This document shows positions 41,023-51,642 of a DNA stretch of 64,000 bases, in pieces. Position numbers and translations under genes: made by a program. Within the stretch, counting starts at the first letter, position 1; every line of letters starts with the position of its first letter. Where the stretch lies: NCBI GenBank assembly GCA_964631685.1, contig CAZVZU010000006.1:32001-96000 (forward strand). The letters are read 5' to 3'. The notes under the pieces were generated by a model. The model did not search any database. It was not told the DNA's origin and saw nothing but the letters and a program-made list of their open reading frames with translations. This DNA is from an uncultured Actinomycetes bacterium. Its GTDB lineage: Bacteria > SZUA-79 > Acidulodesulfobacterales > Acidulodesulfobacteraceae.

Positions 41023-42303
41023 ATGCATATTATGAAACAGGAAGCAGAACTAATCGAAGAAATCGCAAGAGTTACTTGCAGCGCAAGTAACTCTATAGCA
41101 ACTGCTAGTCCCAAAACAAAACTAAATGTTCTAGGTACGATTAAAAAACTTTTAATTAAAAAAAAAGATGCTATATTTCGTGAAAACATCAAAGATGTTG
41201 AAGGGGCAAGGCTACACAAGCTTAGTGCCGCCGCGATAGACAGATTGACTATCACTGAAAAAACATTTGATTCAATGATAAAGTCGATTGAAGATGTAGA
41301 AAAAATCAAGGATCCTGTTGGGGAAATAGAAAATATGGCAATTAGGCCTAATGGTCTCAGGGTTGGAAAAATGAGAATACCGTTAGGAGTGATAGGTATC
41401 ATCTATGAATCGAGACCCAATGTTACCATAGATGCGTCCATTCTATGCCTGCTGTCTGGAAACGCTGTGATTTTACGGGGCGGATCGGAAGCATTTAATT
41501 CTAACATGATCCTTGCGTCCATTGTTTCGGAGAGTTTAAGTCTTAACGGGCTTCCATCTCAAATAGTTTCAATAGTTCCGTACACCGACAGATCGGCCAT
41601 TAAATATTTGATTGCACAAAAAAAATATATAGACCTAATAATCCCAAGGGGCGGAGAGGGGCTCATAACTTATGTCACGGAAAATTCTAAAATCCCTGTA
41701 ATAAAACATGATGCAGGACTTTGTCATATATATGTGGATAAACATGCCGATATAAAAAAATCTATCGATGTGGTGATTAACGCAAAGGTCCAAAGACCAT
41801 CGGTTTGCAACTCACTAGAAACGCTCTTGGTTCACGCTTCCATGCAAGACAAATTTATACCTAAAATAATAGACGAACTCAATAAAAACGGGGTAGAAGT
41901 TAGGGTTGACGATAAAATTTTAAACAGCTACGGAAATAAATTTAATTTTATTATAAAAGCAACGGATAGCGACTGGGATACCGAATATTTAGATTTGATA
42001 TTATCTATAAAATTGGTTCCCGACATGGACTCTGCCATAGAGCATATTAAAAGGCACGGCTCTGATCATACCGAGACAATACTAACTGAAAATTACAATA
42101 GTGCCATGGAATTTATAAAAAAGGTAAACTCTTCCTGTGTTCTTATCAATGCTTCTACTAGATTCAATGATGGTTCCGAACTAGGCCTCGGTGCAGAAAT
42201 AGGAATATCTACCTCAAAAATGCATGCCTTCGGTCCTATGGGGGCAAGGGAACTCACAACAACTAAATTTGTAATCTTTGGCAACTATCAAACAAGGTCA
42301 TGA
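41023..42303 (+). CDS. proA: Gamma-glutamyl phosphate reductase
   Basis: GVIGIIYESRPNVT, IPRGG, VCNSLET, NASTRFNDG, GAEIGIST. ATG 41032 is an alternative start. Confidence 0.97.
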   Translation: MHIMKQEAELIEEIARVTCSASNSIATASPKTKLNVLGTIKKLLIKKKDAIFRENIKDVEGARLHKLSAAAIDRLTITEKTFDSMIKSIEDVEKIKDPVGEIENMAIRPNGLRVGKMRIPLGVIGIIYESRPNVTIDASILCLLSGNAVILRGGSEAFNSNMILASIVSESLSLNGLPSQIVSIVPYTDRSAIKYLIAQKKYIDLIIPRGGEGLITYVTENSKIPVIKHDAGLCHIYVDKHADIKKSIDVVINAKVQRPSVCNSLETLLVHASMQDKFIPKIIDELNKNGVEVRVDDKILNSYGNKFNFIIKATDSDWDTEYLDLILSIKLVPDMDSAIEHIKRHGSDHTETILTENYNSAMEFIKKVNSSCVLINASTRFNDGSELGLGAEIGISTSKMHAFGPMGARELTTTKFVIFGNYQTRS

Positions 42304-42950
42304 ACATCGGTATTTTCGGCGGGACATTTAATCCAATTCATTACGGCCATTTAAGGGCTGCAGAGGAAATTGTGCAAAGTTTTTTAGAAAAGGTTATATT
42401 TGTTCCGACAAATATAACCTCGAACAAGGGAACAATACCGCAATCCCCTGATAAAAGACTTGAAATGATAAATATGGCAATTAAAAATCATGTTAAATTT
42501 ACAGCCTCGGATATCGAGATCCAAAGAGGCGGGATTTCTTACTCTTACGATACGATTGTTAATTTCAATGGGTTATATCCTAAAGATGATTTATATTTTA
42601 TAGTGGGTATGGATACGTACTTAGACTTAAAAAATTGGAAAAATAGCGCATCATTCTTTGATATAATAAACTTTATAGTTATTGATCGAGATACCAATAG
42701 ACTCGACTCAACAAGCTTGACACAACTTAGTTCATTTTTGCCCGATAAGGTAAGAGCTGAAATAATCATAGACCGTAAAAATAAAAGGTTCATCACAGCC
42801 AAAAATAAATATATAAATTTCTTTAAAATTACCAGAATGGATATATCATCCTCAATAATTAGGGATAATTTCAAAAAAAATATTTCTAACCTCTATCTAT
42901 TGCCAAAAGATGTTATTAATTATATAATGGATAGCAAGATGTATGTTTAA
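42300..42950 (+). CDS. nadD: Nicotinate-nucleotide adenylyltransferase
   Basis: IFGGTFNPIHYGH, FIVGMD, DISSS.IR. Confidence 0.95.
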   Translation: MNIGIFGGTFNPIHYGHLRAAEEIVQSFLEKVIFVPTNITSNKGTIPQSPDKRLEMINMAIKNHVKFTASDIEIQRGGISYSYDTIVNFNGLYPKDDLYFIVGMDTYLDLKNWKNSASFFDIINFIVIDRDTNRLDSTSLTQLSSFLPDKVRAEIIIDRKNKRFITAKNKYINFFKITRMDISSSIIRDNFKKNISNLYLLPKDVINYIMDSKMYV

Positions 42951-42979
42951 AATTTATAACCAATAAGAGGTGGCTTAAA

Positions 42980-43348
42980 ATAGTAGACGTAAAAACCGAG
43001 AGGAAAAAACTAAAAAGGACAAACAAAACCATTAGATCTATCATAGCTTTTCTTTTAGACAAAAAAGCCAGCGATATTGTTATACTCGATATTAGAAATA
43101 TATCGGGAATTTCTGATTTTATCGTTATAGCGAGTGGTTCATCTGATCGGCAAATATCCATAGTAGCTAATAATTTAGTAGATTCTATAAAAAGACAGCC
43201 AATAGGCGTGGAGGGTCTTTCGGGCTCTAGGTGGGCTGTTATAGATTATGGGGATGTTATAATACATGTTATGCACAATGAACTGAGGCTATACTATAAC
43301 CTTGAGGGATTGTGGCCGGATGCTAAAGAGTTAATAGTGGAAGATTAA
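42980..43348 (+). CDS. rsfS: Ribosome silencing factor RsfS (non-canonical start, missed by the ORF track)
   Basis: Manual translation LDKKASDIVILDI...SDFIVIASGSSDRQ...EG...WAVIDYGDVIIHVM..ELRLYYNLEGLW; usual position after nadD; proposed ATA start after GAGGTG. Confidence 0.9.
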   Translation: MVDVKTERKKLKRTNKTIRSIIAFLLDKKASDIVILDIRNISGISDFIVIASGSSDRQISIVANNLVDSIKRQPIGVEGLSGSRWAVIDYGDVIIHVMHNELRLYYNLEGLWPDAKELIVED

Positions 43349-43384
43349 GTATATACAATAAAATTACTATAATTTCATTAAGTT

Positions 43385-44758
43385 ATGTATGTAATCACCT
43401 TAGTAATAGTCATTTTGGTTTTAGTAGCCTTCTTTGAGTATCTTTACGCCCTTAATCCCGTGAAGATTGCATTGCATTATGCCCCCGGCTCTCATCATAT
43501 AATCAATGAATACCTTATTATTTATATCTTTTCTGCATTTTTGATAGGCATTATCCTTGTCATGTCCGTAAACGTTTTAAAGGATATAATAGCCCAGATA
43601 AATAATCTTCTGTTCAAGAGAAAACAATTCATAAAAACGGAGATAGATAACTCTATCAATAAAGCCAGCAGCCTATATATTAAAGGACAATATGACAAAG
43701 CAATAGATATATTGAAGAAATATTTATCCGCCTATGAAAAAAGCGTAGGTGCATATTTACTGCTAGCCAAGGTTTACAAACATAAGGGAGAAATAAAAAA
43801 TTGCGAATTTAACCTTAACAAGGCGCTTGATATAGAAAAAGACAATATTAATGCACTGAACGAAAGTGGAAACCTTTACAAATTAAACAAAGATTATGAT
43901 AAGGCATTACTCTATTATGAAAGATCTCTAGAACTCTCTGCCGATAACCTTTACGCGATAAAACAGATGAAGGATATCTACATAAAAAAGGGGGAATGGA
44001 AAAATGCCTACAGAATGTCTAAACTATTCCTTGCAGAGTCAAAGGATAAAAGCATTAACAAAAAAGAAGAATTAATCATGCTTGGACTTAAGTATGAATT
44101 CGGAAAATATCTTCTAGAAACGGAAAATGACCTTACAAGGTCGGCGAAAAGATTTAACCAGGTTTTGGCTCAAGATAAAAATTTCGTCCCTGCGTACATA
44201 TCTCTGGGTGAAATATACATTAAAAAGGGCAAATATTCTGATGTATTTGATTTGTGGGAAAAAGCATTCTTAAAAACAGGAAATTTTGCCATTCTTATTA
44301 GGATCGAAGATATGGCTATAAAAACAAATCATCCCGAGAACATAATTAAATTTTATCAAGAATTAATTTATGACAATCCAGAGAAATGGGAGTATAAACT
44401 GTTTCTGGGAAAGCTTTATATGAGGCTTGAAATGGTTGATGAGGCGCTTTCTAATCTCCTTGAAATCCCGCCCTCAATCTTTAAAGACAACTCTCTTAAT
44501 CTTCTTTTGGCCGATTGTTACTTTAAAAGGGGGAAGTATAATGATGCTGCCGTTAACTTTAGAAAAGCACTCAAAAACAGATATCCAGTAAAACTACTGT
44601 TTACGTGCTCAAACTGCGGATTCACCTCTTATAATTACGTGTCTATCTGTCCTTCCTGTAATCAATGGAATACATTCAACATCGAAACATCCGAAGCGCT
44701 TTACGAAAGCGGGTATAGAAGTGATATGAAAAATATTTCACCATTAATCCCAAAATAA
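43385..44758 (+). CDS. lapB: LapB (YciM)-like TPR protein with N-terminal LapA-like membrane region and C-terminal zinc ribbon
   Basis: Two N-terminal TMs, TPR repeats, C-terminal CSNCG...CPSCNQWNT. Confidence 0.72.
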   Translation: MYVITLVIVILVLVAFFEYLYALNPVKIALHYAPGSHHIINEYLIIYIFSAFLIGIILVMSVNVLKDIIAQINNLLFKRKQFIKTEIDNSINKASSLYIKGQYDKAIDILKKYLSAYEKSVGAYLLLAKVYKHKGEIKNCEFNLNKALDIEKDNINALNESGNLYKLNKDYDKALLYYERSLELSADNLYAIKQMKDIYIKKGEWKNAYRMSKLFLAESKDKSINKKEELIMLGLKYEFGKYLLETENDLTRSAKRFNQVLAQDKNFVPAYISLGEIYIKKGKYSDVFDLWEKAFLKTGNFAILIRIEDMAIKTNHPENIIKFYQELIYDNPEKWEYKLFLGKLYMRLEMVDEALSNLLEIPPSIFKDNSLNLLLADCYFKRGKYNDAAVNFRKALKNRYPVKLLFTCSNCGFTSYNYVSICPSCNQWNTFNIETSEALYESGYRSDMKNISPLIPK

Positions 44759-44771
44759 ATAGATATAGTAA

Positions 44772-46319
44772 ATGAAAAAATACGACCGACTGGCCTTGAT
44801 CATCCTAGATGGTTTCGGCTTATCATCCTCTATAAAAGGCAATGCTATAAAAAATGCGAATCCGGAATTTATAAATTCAATCTTTGCAAATTATCCTTTT
44901 ACAACATTGGCTGCGCACGGCCATGACGTTGGATTACCAAAAAATACCATGGGAAACTCTGAGGTAGGTCACTCCAATATCGGCGCTGGAAGAATAATAA
45001 TGCAAGACCTGATAAAGATAGATACGCAAATTAGGAACAATACATTAAGAAATAATAAAACATTATCCTTGTGCTTAAAAAAGATTTTGGCAGGCAATTC
45101 AAGGGTTCACCTCATGGGACTCTTGTCTGAAAGTGGCGTTCACTCAGAATTATCTCACTTACTGTATCTGATAAATTTTTTTGTAGCCGGTGGCGTAAGG
45201 GAAATTTATATTCATACATTTTTAGACGGCAGAGATTCGCCGCCAAAAAGCGCCGAAGTTTTTTTGAAAAAGTTAATTACGGAAATTGCAAAATTTGACG
45301 ACCAGGTTTTTTTGTCTACGATGTGTGGCCGTTTTTATGCGATGGATAGGGATACAAGGTGGGACAGGACCAAAACTGCCTTCGATTTGCTTACTGAATT
45401 AATTGGGGAAAAGGCAGATGACCCACTAACGGCTTTAAATAGATTTTACGGTGATGGAATAACAGATGAATTTATGCCGGGTATTGTAGTAGACAACAAA
45501 AAGAAGAATAAAGACGGTTCTATTAGGCAGGATGACGGCGTATTATTTTTCAACTTCAGGGCAGACAGAGCCAAGCAACTGACTATGGCTCTTACATTTA
45601 AAGATTTTAGTTATTTTTCAAGAAACACTTTTAAATGCGTCGGTAATTTTATATCAATGGCTAAATATGATGATTCATTTAAAAATGGATACATAATACC
45701 CCCTGAAAATTTTAATAATATTCTAGGAGAAGTGGTCTCTAGCCTTGGCTTAAATCAGTTCAGAATTGCAGAGACAGAAAAATATGCCCATGTGACCTAT
45801 TTCTTTAACTGCGGAAGAGAAGAACCGTTTAAAAATGAGGATAGGCTGTTAATACCGTCTCCTAGAGAATATAAGACCTATGATATGATTCCGGAAATGA
45901 GTGCATTTAAGGTTAAAGACGCTTTAATGGAAAGAATTAAATCAAACAAATACAAGTTGGTAGTATGCAATTTTGCAAATTGTGATATGGTAGGGCATAC
46001 AGGAAACTATGACGCAGCTGTTAAGGCAGTTAGTACCGTAAATTCTGTTGTCGCCGAAATAGTACCAGAAATCCTTAGCCAAGATTATGCATGCATAATA
46101 ACAGCAGACCACGGAAACGCCGAAACCATGATGTATGAAAATGGGGAACCGATGACTAATCATACCCTCAACCCTGTACCATTTGCTATTGTTTCCAACT
46201 ATGCAAGGGAAATTCCGACCTTAAAACCGGGAAGGCTTGCCGACATAGCACCGACAGTGCTTAGACTTTTAGGAACAGGTATACCTCCTGAAATGACTGG
46301 ACGGGTTTTATGGGAATAG
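44772..46319 (+). CDS. gpmI: 2,3-bisphosphoglycerate-independent phosphoglycerate mutase
   Basis: LIILDGFG, MGNSEVGH, GRFYAMDRD, ETEKYAHVT, DMVGHTG, TADHGN. Confidence 0.97.
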   Translation: MKKYDRLALIILDGFGLSSSIKGNAIKNANPEFINSIFANYPFTTLAAHGHDVGLPKNTMGNSEVGHSNIGAGRIIMQDLIKIDTQIRNNTLRNNKTLSLCLKKILAGNSRVHLMGLLSESGVHSELSHLLYLINFFVAGGVREIYIHTFLDGRDSPPKSAEVFLKKLITEIAKFDDQVFLSTMCGRFYAMDRDTRWDRTKTAFDLLTELIGEKADDPLTALNRFYGDGITDEFMPGIVVDNKKKNKDGSIRQDDGVLFFNFRADRAKQLTMALTFKDFSYFSRNTFKCVGNFISMAKYDDSFKNGYIIPPENFNNILGEVVSSLGLNQFRIAETEKYAHVTYFFNCGREEPFKNEDRLLIPSPREYKTYDMIPEMSAFKVKDALMERIKSNKYKLVVCNFANCDMVGHTGNYDAAVKAVSTVNSVVAEIVPEILSQDYACIITADHGNAETMMYENGEPMTNHTLNPVPFAIVSNYAREIPTLKPGRLADIAPTVLRLLGTGIPPEMTGRVLWE

Positions 46320-47254
46320 TTTCGTTTATCTGCCAAAGCAACAATATAAGATTAGATTTATTTTTAAAAACGCGGATGCTCGATAACACACGGGCATACA
46401 TTCAAAGGCTTATATTATTAGGTAATGTCGCTGTTAACGGAATAACCATTAAGAAGTCCGCATATAAATTAAAAGAAAATAGCGTATTAACCGTCAAAGA
46501 TTTGGAAATAAAAAAAACAGGCTTGTGTTATTTCGACCATGAACTTGAAATCATTTACGAAGATGATTTTATTGCCGCAATAAATAAACCGGCAGGTATT
46601 GTAGTCCACCCGGGAAAGGGAAACTACGATAATACTCTTGTTAATATTTTAATTGGAAAAATATCCAACCTATCGGGTATCGGTGGGGTAGAAAGACCAG
46701 GGATAGTTCATAGACTAGATAAAGATACCTCAGGTATAATGTTAGTTGCTAAAAATGATTTTTCTCATAACGCGCTGATATCGAGTTTTAAAAATAGAGA
46801 GATAAAAAAAACATATCTTGCCGTATGTTATGGTCTATTACAAAAAAAAGACGACTGCATAGAGGGGTTTATTAAACGGGATAAAAACAATAGAATTAAG
46901 ATGCAGATAACCAAAGAAACTGGCAAATATTGCCTTACGCGGTTAGAGACTATAAAACAGATAGGTTCCGTAGCAACATTGCTTAAGGTAATGCCGCACA
47001 CCGGAAGAACACATCAAATCAGAATATCCCTTTTTGAAACTGGTTATCCTATAGTTGGAGATAAGGTTTATAAGAGGAAGGACTTATTGGATAGGTATAA
47101 GAGTTTGAACTTTGTAAAAAGACAGATGCTTCACGCATATATGCTTGAATTCTATCATCCAAAAACAAAACAGAGAATGATTTTAAATGCTGAAGTTCCA
47201 AATGACATGCGCTGGGCTTTAAATTCAAACGATACAAATAACCTGCAAAAATGA
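46310..47254 (+). CDS. rluD: RluA/RluD family pseudouridine synthase
   Basis: S4 domain RLDLFL, NKPAGIVVHP, GIVHRLDKDTSG, TGRTHQIR. Confidence 0.9.
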   Translation: MGIVSFICQSNNIRLDLFLKTRMLDNTRAYIQRLILLGNVAVNGITIKKSAYKLKENSVLTVKDLEIKKTGLCYFDHELEIIYEDDFIAAINKPAGIVVHPGKGNYDNTLVNILIGKISNLSGIGGVERPGIVHRLDKDTSGIMLVAKNDFSHNALISSFKNREIKKTYLAVCYGLLQKKDDCIEGFIKRDKNNRIKMQITKETGKYCLTRLETIKQIGSVATLLKVMPHTGRTHQIRISLFETGYPIVGDKVYKRKDLLDRYKSLNFVKRQMLHAYMLEFYHPKTKQRMILNAEVPNDMRWALNSNDTNNLQK

Positions 47255-47832
47255 TAAAAATAGGCCTGACAGGCTCTATAGGATCTGGAAAAACAACGAT
47301 ACTTCAATTATTAAAGGGTTTCGGTTTTTTAACCTTAAGCCTTGACCTTGAATCTAAAAAATTATTAAAAAAAAATACTTCGGAATATAAAAAAATTGTT
47401 GCATTTTTCGACAAAAACATTTTAAATAAAGATACTGAGATTAATAAGGAACTTCTTGCAACGATAGTTTTTTCAGATCCACTAAAGAAAAAGGCTTTAG
47501 AAAATATTATCTATCCGGCTTTAAGAAGAAATATTGATGATATCCTTAAGAAAAGTAAAAAATCCGTGGTTATAATTGAAGGTGCCGTTATTATAGAGTC
47601 AGGATACTACGCAGGGTTGGATAAGACCGTTCTTGTAACCTGTGATTTTTCACAAAGGCTTAAAAGATCGTATAAACATTTCGATTTTGAAGATTTTATA
47701 AAAAGGGATAAAAATCAATTAAGCCAGACGGAAAAGGTAGAAAAATCTGATTTCGTGATAAATAATAACTACGGACCCAAGTTTTTGATTCCTCAGATTC
47801 AATTGTTAACAAACTTTCTAAACCATATTTAA
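47251..47832 (+). CDS. coaE: Dephospho-CoA kinase
   Basis: IGLTGSIGSGKT, LATIVF, LENIIYP. Confidence 0.93.
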   Translation: MIKIGLTGSIGSGKTTILQLLKGFGFLTLSLDLESKKLLKKNTSEYKKIVAFFDKNILNKDTEINKELLATIVFSDPLKKKALENIIYPALRRNIDDILKKSKKSVVIIEGAVIIESGYYAGLDKTVLVTCDFSQRLKRSYKHFDFEDFIKRDKNQLSQTEKVEKSDFVINNNYGPKFLIPQIQLLTNFLNHI

Positions 47833-47910
47833 GATGTTAAAAGAATAAAACCTCGAATAACTAAAACTTCCCGATTTCCGAACGCAATATAGACAAAGGG
47901 GGATATATTT

Positions 47911-48915
47911 ATGGAAGAATGTCTAAAATCCAAAGATTTAGGCTATGCATTTATAAGCGAACTTTTAGAATTTGACAATCAGAGAAAATCAATTGAAGAA
48001 ATATTTCATTTTGTCAATGTGAGTTTCGAGTACACATTTGGAGCTACAGCTATAATGTTTATACACAAAAGATATAACACCGAAGAAAAGATGGCGATCT
48101 CAAGGGGTATTTCGCATGAATATGTTAAAAAATTTAATGCGAGTCCCCCATTATCTTTGCTAAAAGAATTAAGCTCCACGAAAAATAGCTTGTACGTAGA
48201 TTTTGCAAAAGAAGGCGAAAAATATTCAAAATATGATTATTTATTTGAACACGATGATGTTTCCGAGTTTTTTGCCTGTGAATTAAAAACAGTCTATATG
48301 GATTCATATTTTGTGGCAATTTATTCCGTCCCGAGATTTAAAAACTGTGGCGATGATAAAATTAGAGTATTTGATACAATTTTTTCCGTCATCTCGCACA
48401 TTTTAAACGCGAACAAGTGCGTCCAGACTATGAGGGATTGTTCTCAGATAGATTATGTATCCGGACTGAATAATTTTAAATATTTCCATGAAAAACTTTT
48501 TCAAGAGATGCGAAAGAATGCTGAAGAAAAAGGGCATTTATCTATTGCTTTAATTTCGCTAAACCAGCTAAACAAACTCAATTCTGTATTCGGCCACAGC
48601 GCTGGAGACAAAAGTATCGGTTTAATAGCAAATATTATCAACAAAAACATAAGAACATTCGATACGGCTTCGAGATATGGTAATAAATTTATCATATTGT
48701 TTCCGGGTATGAATGGTCATCTTGTAAAAAAAATTCTTAAAACTATTTTTTTAGATGTTGAAAATAATTTTAAGAATGAAAATCAAGATATACTCTCACT
48801 CAATGCCGGTGTTTCAACATTTCCATCTGATGGAAATAACGAACGAGCAATTTTAGACTTAGCCGAAGGTCGTCGTATGGAAGCTAGAAGACAAAAAAAA
48901 TGGTCCATAATATAA
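47911..48915 (+). CDS. GAF-like + degenerate GGDEF domain protein
   Basis: DYVSGLNN, NSVFGHSAGD, RTFDTASRYGNKF (no GG[D/E]EF). Confidence 0.8.
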   Translation: MEECLKSKDLGYAFISELLEFDNQRKSIEEIFHFVNVSFEYTFGATAIMFIHKRYNTEEKMAISRGISHEYVKKFNASPPLSLLKELSSTKNSLYVDFAKEGEKYSKYDYLFEHDDVSEFFACELKTVYMDSYFVAIYSVPRFKNCGDDKIRVFDTIFSVISHILNANKCVQTMRDCSQIDYVSGLNNFKYFHEKLFQEMRKNAEEKGHLSIALISLNQLNKLNSVFGHSAGDKSIGLIANIINKNIRTFDTASRYGNKFIILFPGMNGHLVKKILKTIFLDVENNFKNENQDILSLNAGVSTFPSDGNNERAILDLAEGRRMEARRQKKWSII

Positions 48916-48956
48916 TAAAAAACAATTAAGATAAAATTTAAATTTAAGAGGTATTT

Positions 48957-50222
48957 ATGAATATCAAGGAATTGTCTACAAAAAAAATCTCGGAATTATT
49001 GCAAACGGCGAAATCTTATAAAATAGAAGGCGCATCCGGAATGCGTAAACAAGATTTAATATATGCCTTAGTTAAGGCTGAAACAGAAAAAGACCATCAG
49101 GCTGAAAAAAATGACAATCTCTCTGGTGAAGGTGTACTTGAAATCTTGCCTGACCAATACGGATTTTTAAGATCGCTTGAGGCAAATTATCTTCATGGGC
49201 CTGATGATATTTACGTATCACCCTCGCAAATTAGAAAATTTGGACTTAGGACCGGCGATACCGTTCGCGGGGTAATAAGACCTCCCAAAGATAGCGAAAG
49301 GTTTTACGCACTCCTCAAGGTAGAAAGCATTAACTTTGAAGATCCTGAAATCGCTAAGGAAAAGATATTATTTGATAATCTAACTCCTCTATATCCTCAA
49401 GATCGTATAAAACTTGAGTTTGATTCTAAAAATTTATCCACAAGGCTTATGGATTTATTAATTCCCATAGGAAAAGGTCAAAGAGGCTTGATAGTAGCTC
49501 CGCCCAGAACAGGGAAAACCGCACTTTTAAAGGATATAGCCCACGCTATAAATGCCAATCATAAGGAAATTTTTCTAATGGTGCTTCTAATTGATGAAAG
49601 GCCCGAAGAGGTTACTGACATGCAAAGATCGGTAAATGGAGAGGTAATTAGTTCCACATTTGACGAACCACCTCAAAGGCATATTCAAATAGCCGAAATA
49701 GTAATAGAAAAGGCAAAGAGGCTCGTAGAAACCGGAAAAGATGTTGTTATATTATTAGATTCCATTACTAGACTTGCAAGGGCATACAACGTGACTATTC
49801 CGTCTTCAGGTAAGGTTTTATCAGGCGGAGTTGATTCAAATGCATTACATAAACCAAAAAGATTTTTCGGAGCTGCCAGAAACATTGAGGAAGGCGGTAG
49901 CCTTACAATAATAGCTACGGCTTTGATTGATACCGGCTCAAGGATGGATGAGGTAATCTTTGAAGAGTTTAAGGGAACGGGAAATTTGGAAGTAAATTTA
50001 GACAGAAAACTTGCGGAAAAAAGGGTATTCCCTGCTATAGATATAAAGAAGTCTGGCACCAGAAAAGAGGAACTTCTCGTGAATGCAGATCATCTCAATA
50101 AGACCATTGTGCTAAGTAGAGTTTTGTCCGGCATGGATACGTCCGCGGCAATGGAATTTTTAATTGAGAAAATAAGAAATACAAAAACAAATAATGATTT
50201 TTTTAATTTAATGAAGCTTTAA
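48957..50222 (+). CDS. rho: Transcription termination factor Rho
   Basis: [49 protein letters not shown]. Confidence 0.98.
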   Translation: MNIKELSTKKISELLQTAKSYKIEGASGMRKQDLIYALVKAETEKDHQAEKNDNLSGEGVLEILPDQYGFLRSLEANYLHGPDDIYVSPSQIRKFGLRTGDTVRGVIRPPKDSERFYALLKVESINFEDPEIAKEKILFDNLTPLYPQDRIKLEFDSKNLSTRLMDLLIPIGKGQRGLIVAPPRTGKTALLKDIAHAINANHKEIFLMVLLIDERPEEVTDMQRSVNGEVISSTFDEPPQRHIQIAEIVIEKAKRLVETGKDVVILLDSITRLARAYNVTIPSSGKVLSGGVDSNALHKPKRFFGAARNIEEGGSLTIIATALIDTGSRMDEVIFEEFKGTGNLEVNLDRKLAEKRVFPAIDIKKSGTRKEELLVNADHLNKTIVLSRVLSGMDTSAAMEFLIEKIRNTKTNNDFFNLMKL

Positions 50223-50259
50223 AACCACCTAATTGAGCAACTTTCCCCTATATAATTCT

Positions 50260-51612
50260 TTATGATATAGCGGAAAGGTTGGCTCTGTCAATAATGTATT
50301 CTAAATTTTTTAATGACGAACCTCTGTTTTGAGATATGAGGTTTAGCCCGTTGCTCTTGGCAATTTCTTTGGCGTTGTTATCATATAAATAGAATGATAC
50401 AGAATCGAATAATTCTTCCGACGATAGTACCATCTTGCCGGCTTTTATGTTTATGATTTTATCTGCAATTTCTGAAAAATTTTCTACATATTTGCCAAAA
50501 ATTACGGGCTTCCCAAAAAATAACGGCTCTAATAAATTGTGACCTCCAACCCGCACCATACTGCCACCTACAAAGGCGACATCACACACACTATATATCG
50601 ACATAAGCTCTCCGATTATATCCACTAGTATAACTAATTTTGAACCTATATCGCCATAGTCGAGCGAGACCTCAGCTTTATCGCCTGCAGAATAGATAGC
50701 CGAAAGCCTGCGACATTGAAAATTGCTATTTAATATAAGATCATAGACATACTCAAATCTTTCGGGATGCCTAGGGGCTATGAAAAGAACGGTTTTTTTC
50801 TTCTTTCCATTTAATTTTGCAAAAGCATCCAAAATTAATTTTTCCTCTTCCTTATGGGTACTGCCTGCAACTATCACTCTATTATTCTTAAAAATATTTT
50901 TAAGAATAATATTTTTCTTTGAGTCCTCATCGGTAAGGCTATCAAGTTTTAGGTCAAATTTCATATTCCCCGTTATATGAATATTTTCTTTTTTTACGCC
51001 AAGCATCAAAAACTTCTCATAATACCCATTAGATATACAAAGAACCAAACCTATACTTTCAAATACAAATTTAAAAAAGAAATTTAATGCGTAATAATTT
51101 TTATATGATTTATCCGATATTCTGGCATTTACTATGGAAATCATGACCTTTCTTTTTTTTAGCATATTAAATAAATTAGGCCATATCTCAGTTTCAATGG
51201 ATACAAATAATATCGGTTTTATAAAATTTAGAATAATTTTAATTGAAAAATAAAAATCATAAGGAAAATAAAAAATACAAACATGATCTGCATCTTTAGC
51301 GTAATATTTTTTTGCATAATCATAGCCTGTCCTGGTAACCACGGAAAGATAGATGGGCTTTTTGATCTTTTCTATCAGTATATCAATGAAATTTACGGAT
51401 GCTCTAAGCTCCCCCAGAGATACAGCATGGACCCACACGCCGTCTTCAAAATATAGTTCCCTTATATTTTTATCTAAAAACGGCAACAGCTTATAAAAGA
51501 AAGCCGTCTTTCTTTTATTTTTTACTAAAAAAGATAATAACATCCACATCAAAAAAAACGGCAACGCAACAATTAGCAGACAGTTATATATGATAAATAG
51601 AGATTTTTTCAT
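50260..51612 (-). CDS. waaA: Kdo transferase
   Basis: WVHAVSLGE, ETEIWPN, NARISDKS, GNMKFD, APRHPER, GGHNLLEP; ATG 51612 preferred over TTG 51636. Confidence 0.94.
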   Translation of the reverse strand: MKKSLFIIYNCLLIVALPFFLMWMLLSFLVKNKRKTAFFYKLLPFLDKNIRELYFEDGVWVHAVSLGELRASVNFIDILIEKIKKPIYLSVVTRTGYDYAKKYYAKDADHVCIFYFPYDFYFSIKIILNFIKPILFVSIETEIWPNLFNMLKKRKVMISIVNARISDKSYKNYYALNFFFKFVFESIGLVLCISNGYYEKFLMLGVKKENIHITGNMKFDLKLDSLTDEDSKKNIILKNIFKNNRVIVAGSTHKEEEKLILDAFAKLNGKKKKTVLFIAPRHPERFEYVYDLILNSNFQCRRLSAIYSAGDKAEVSLDYGDIGSKLVILVDIIGELMSIYSVCDVAFVGGSMVRVGGHNLLEPLFFGKPVIFGKYVENFSEIADKIINIKAGKMVLSSEELFDSVSFYLYDNNAKEIAKSNGLNLISQNRGSSLKNLEYIIDRANLSAIS

Positions 51613-51642
51613 AACAGAAAATTTATCGGCTTGCAACCGCTA

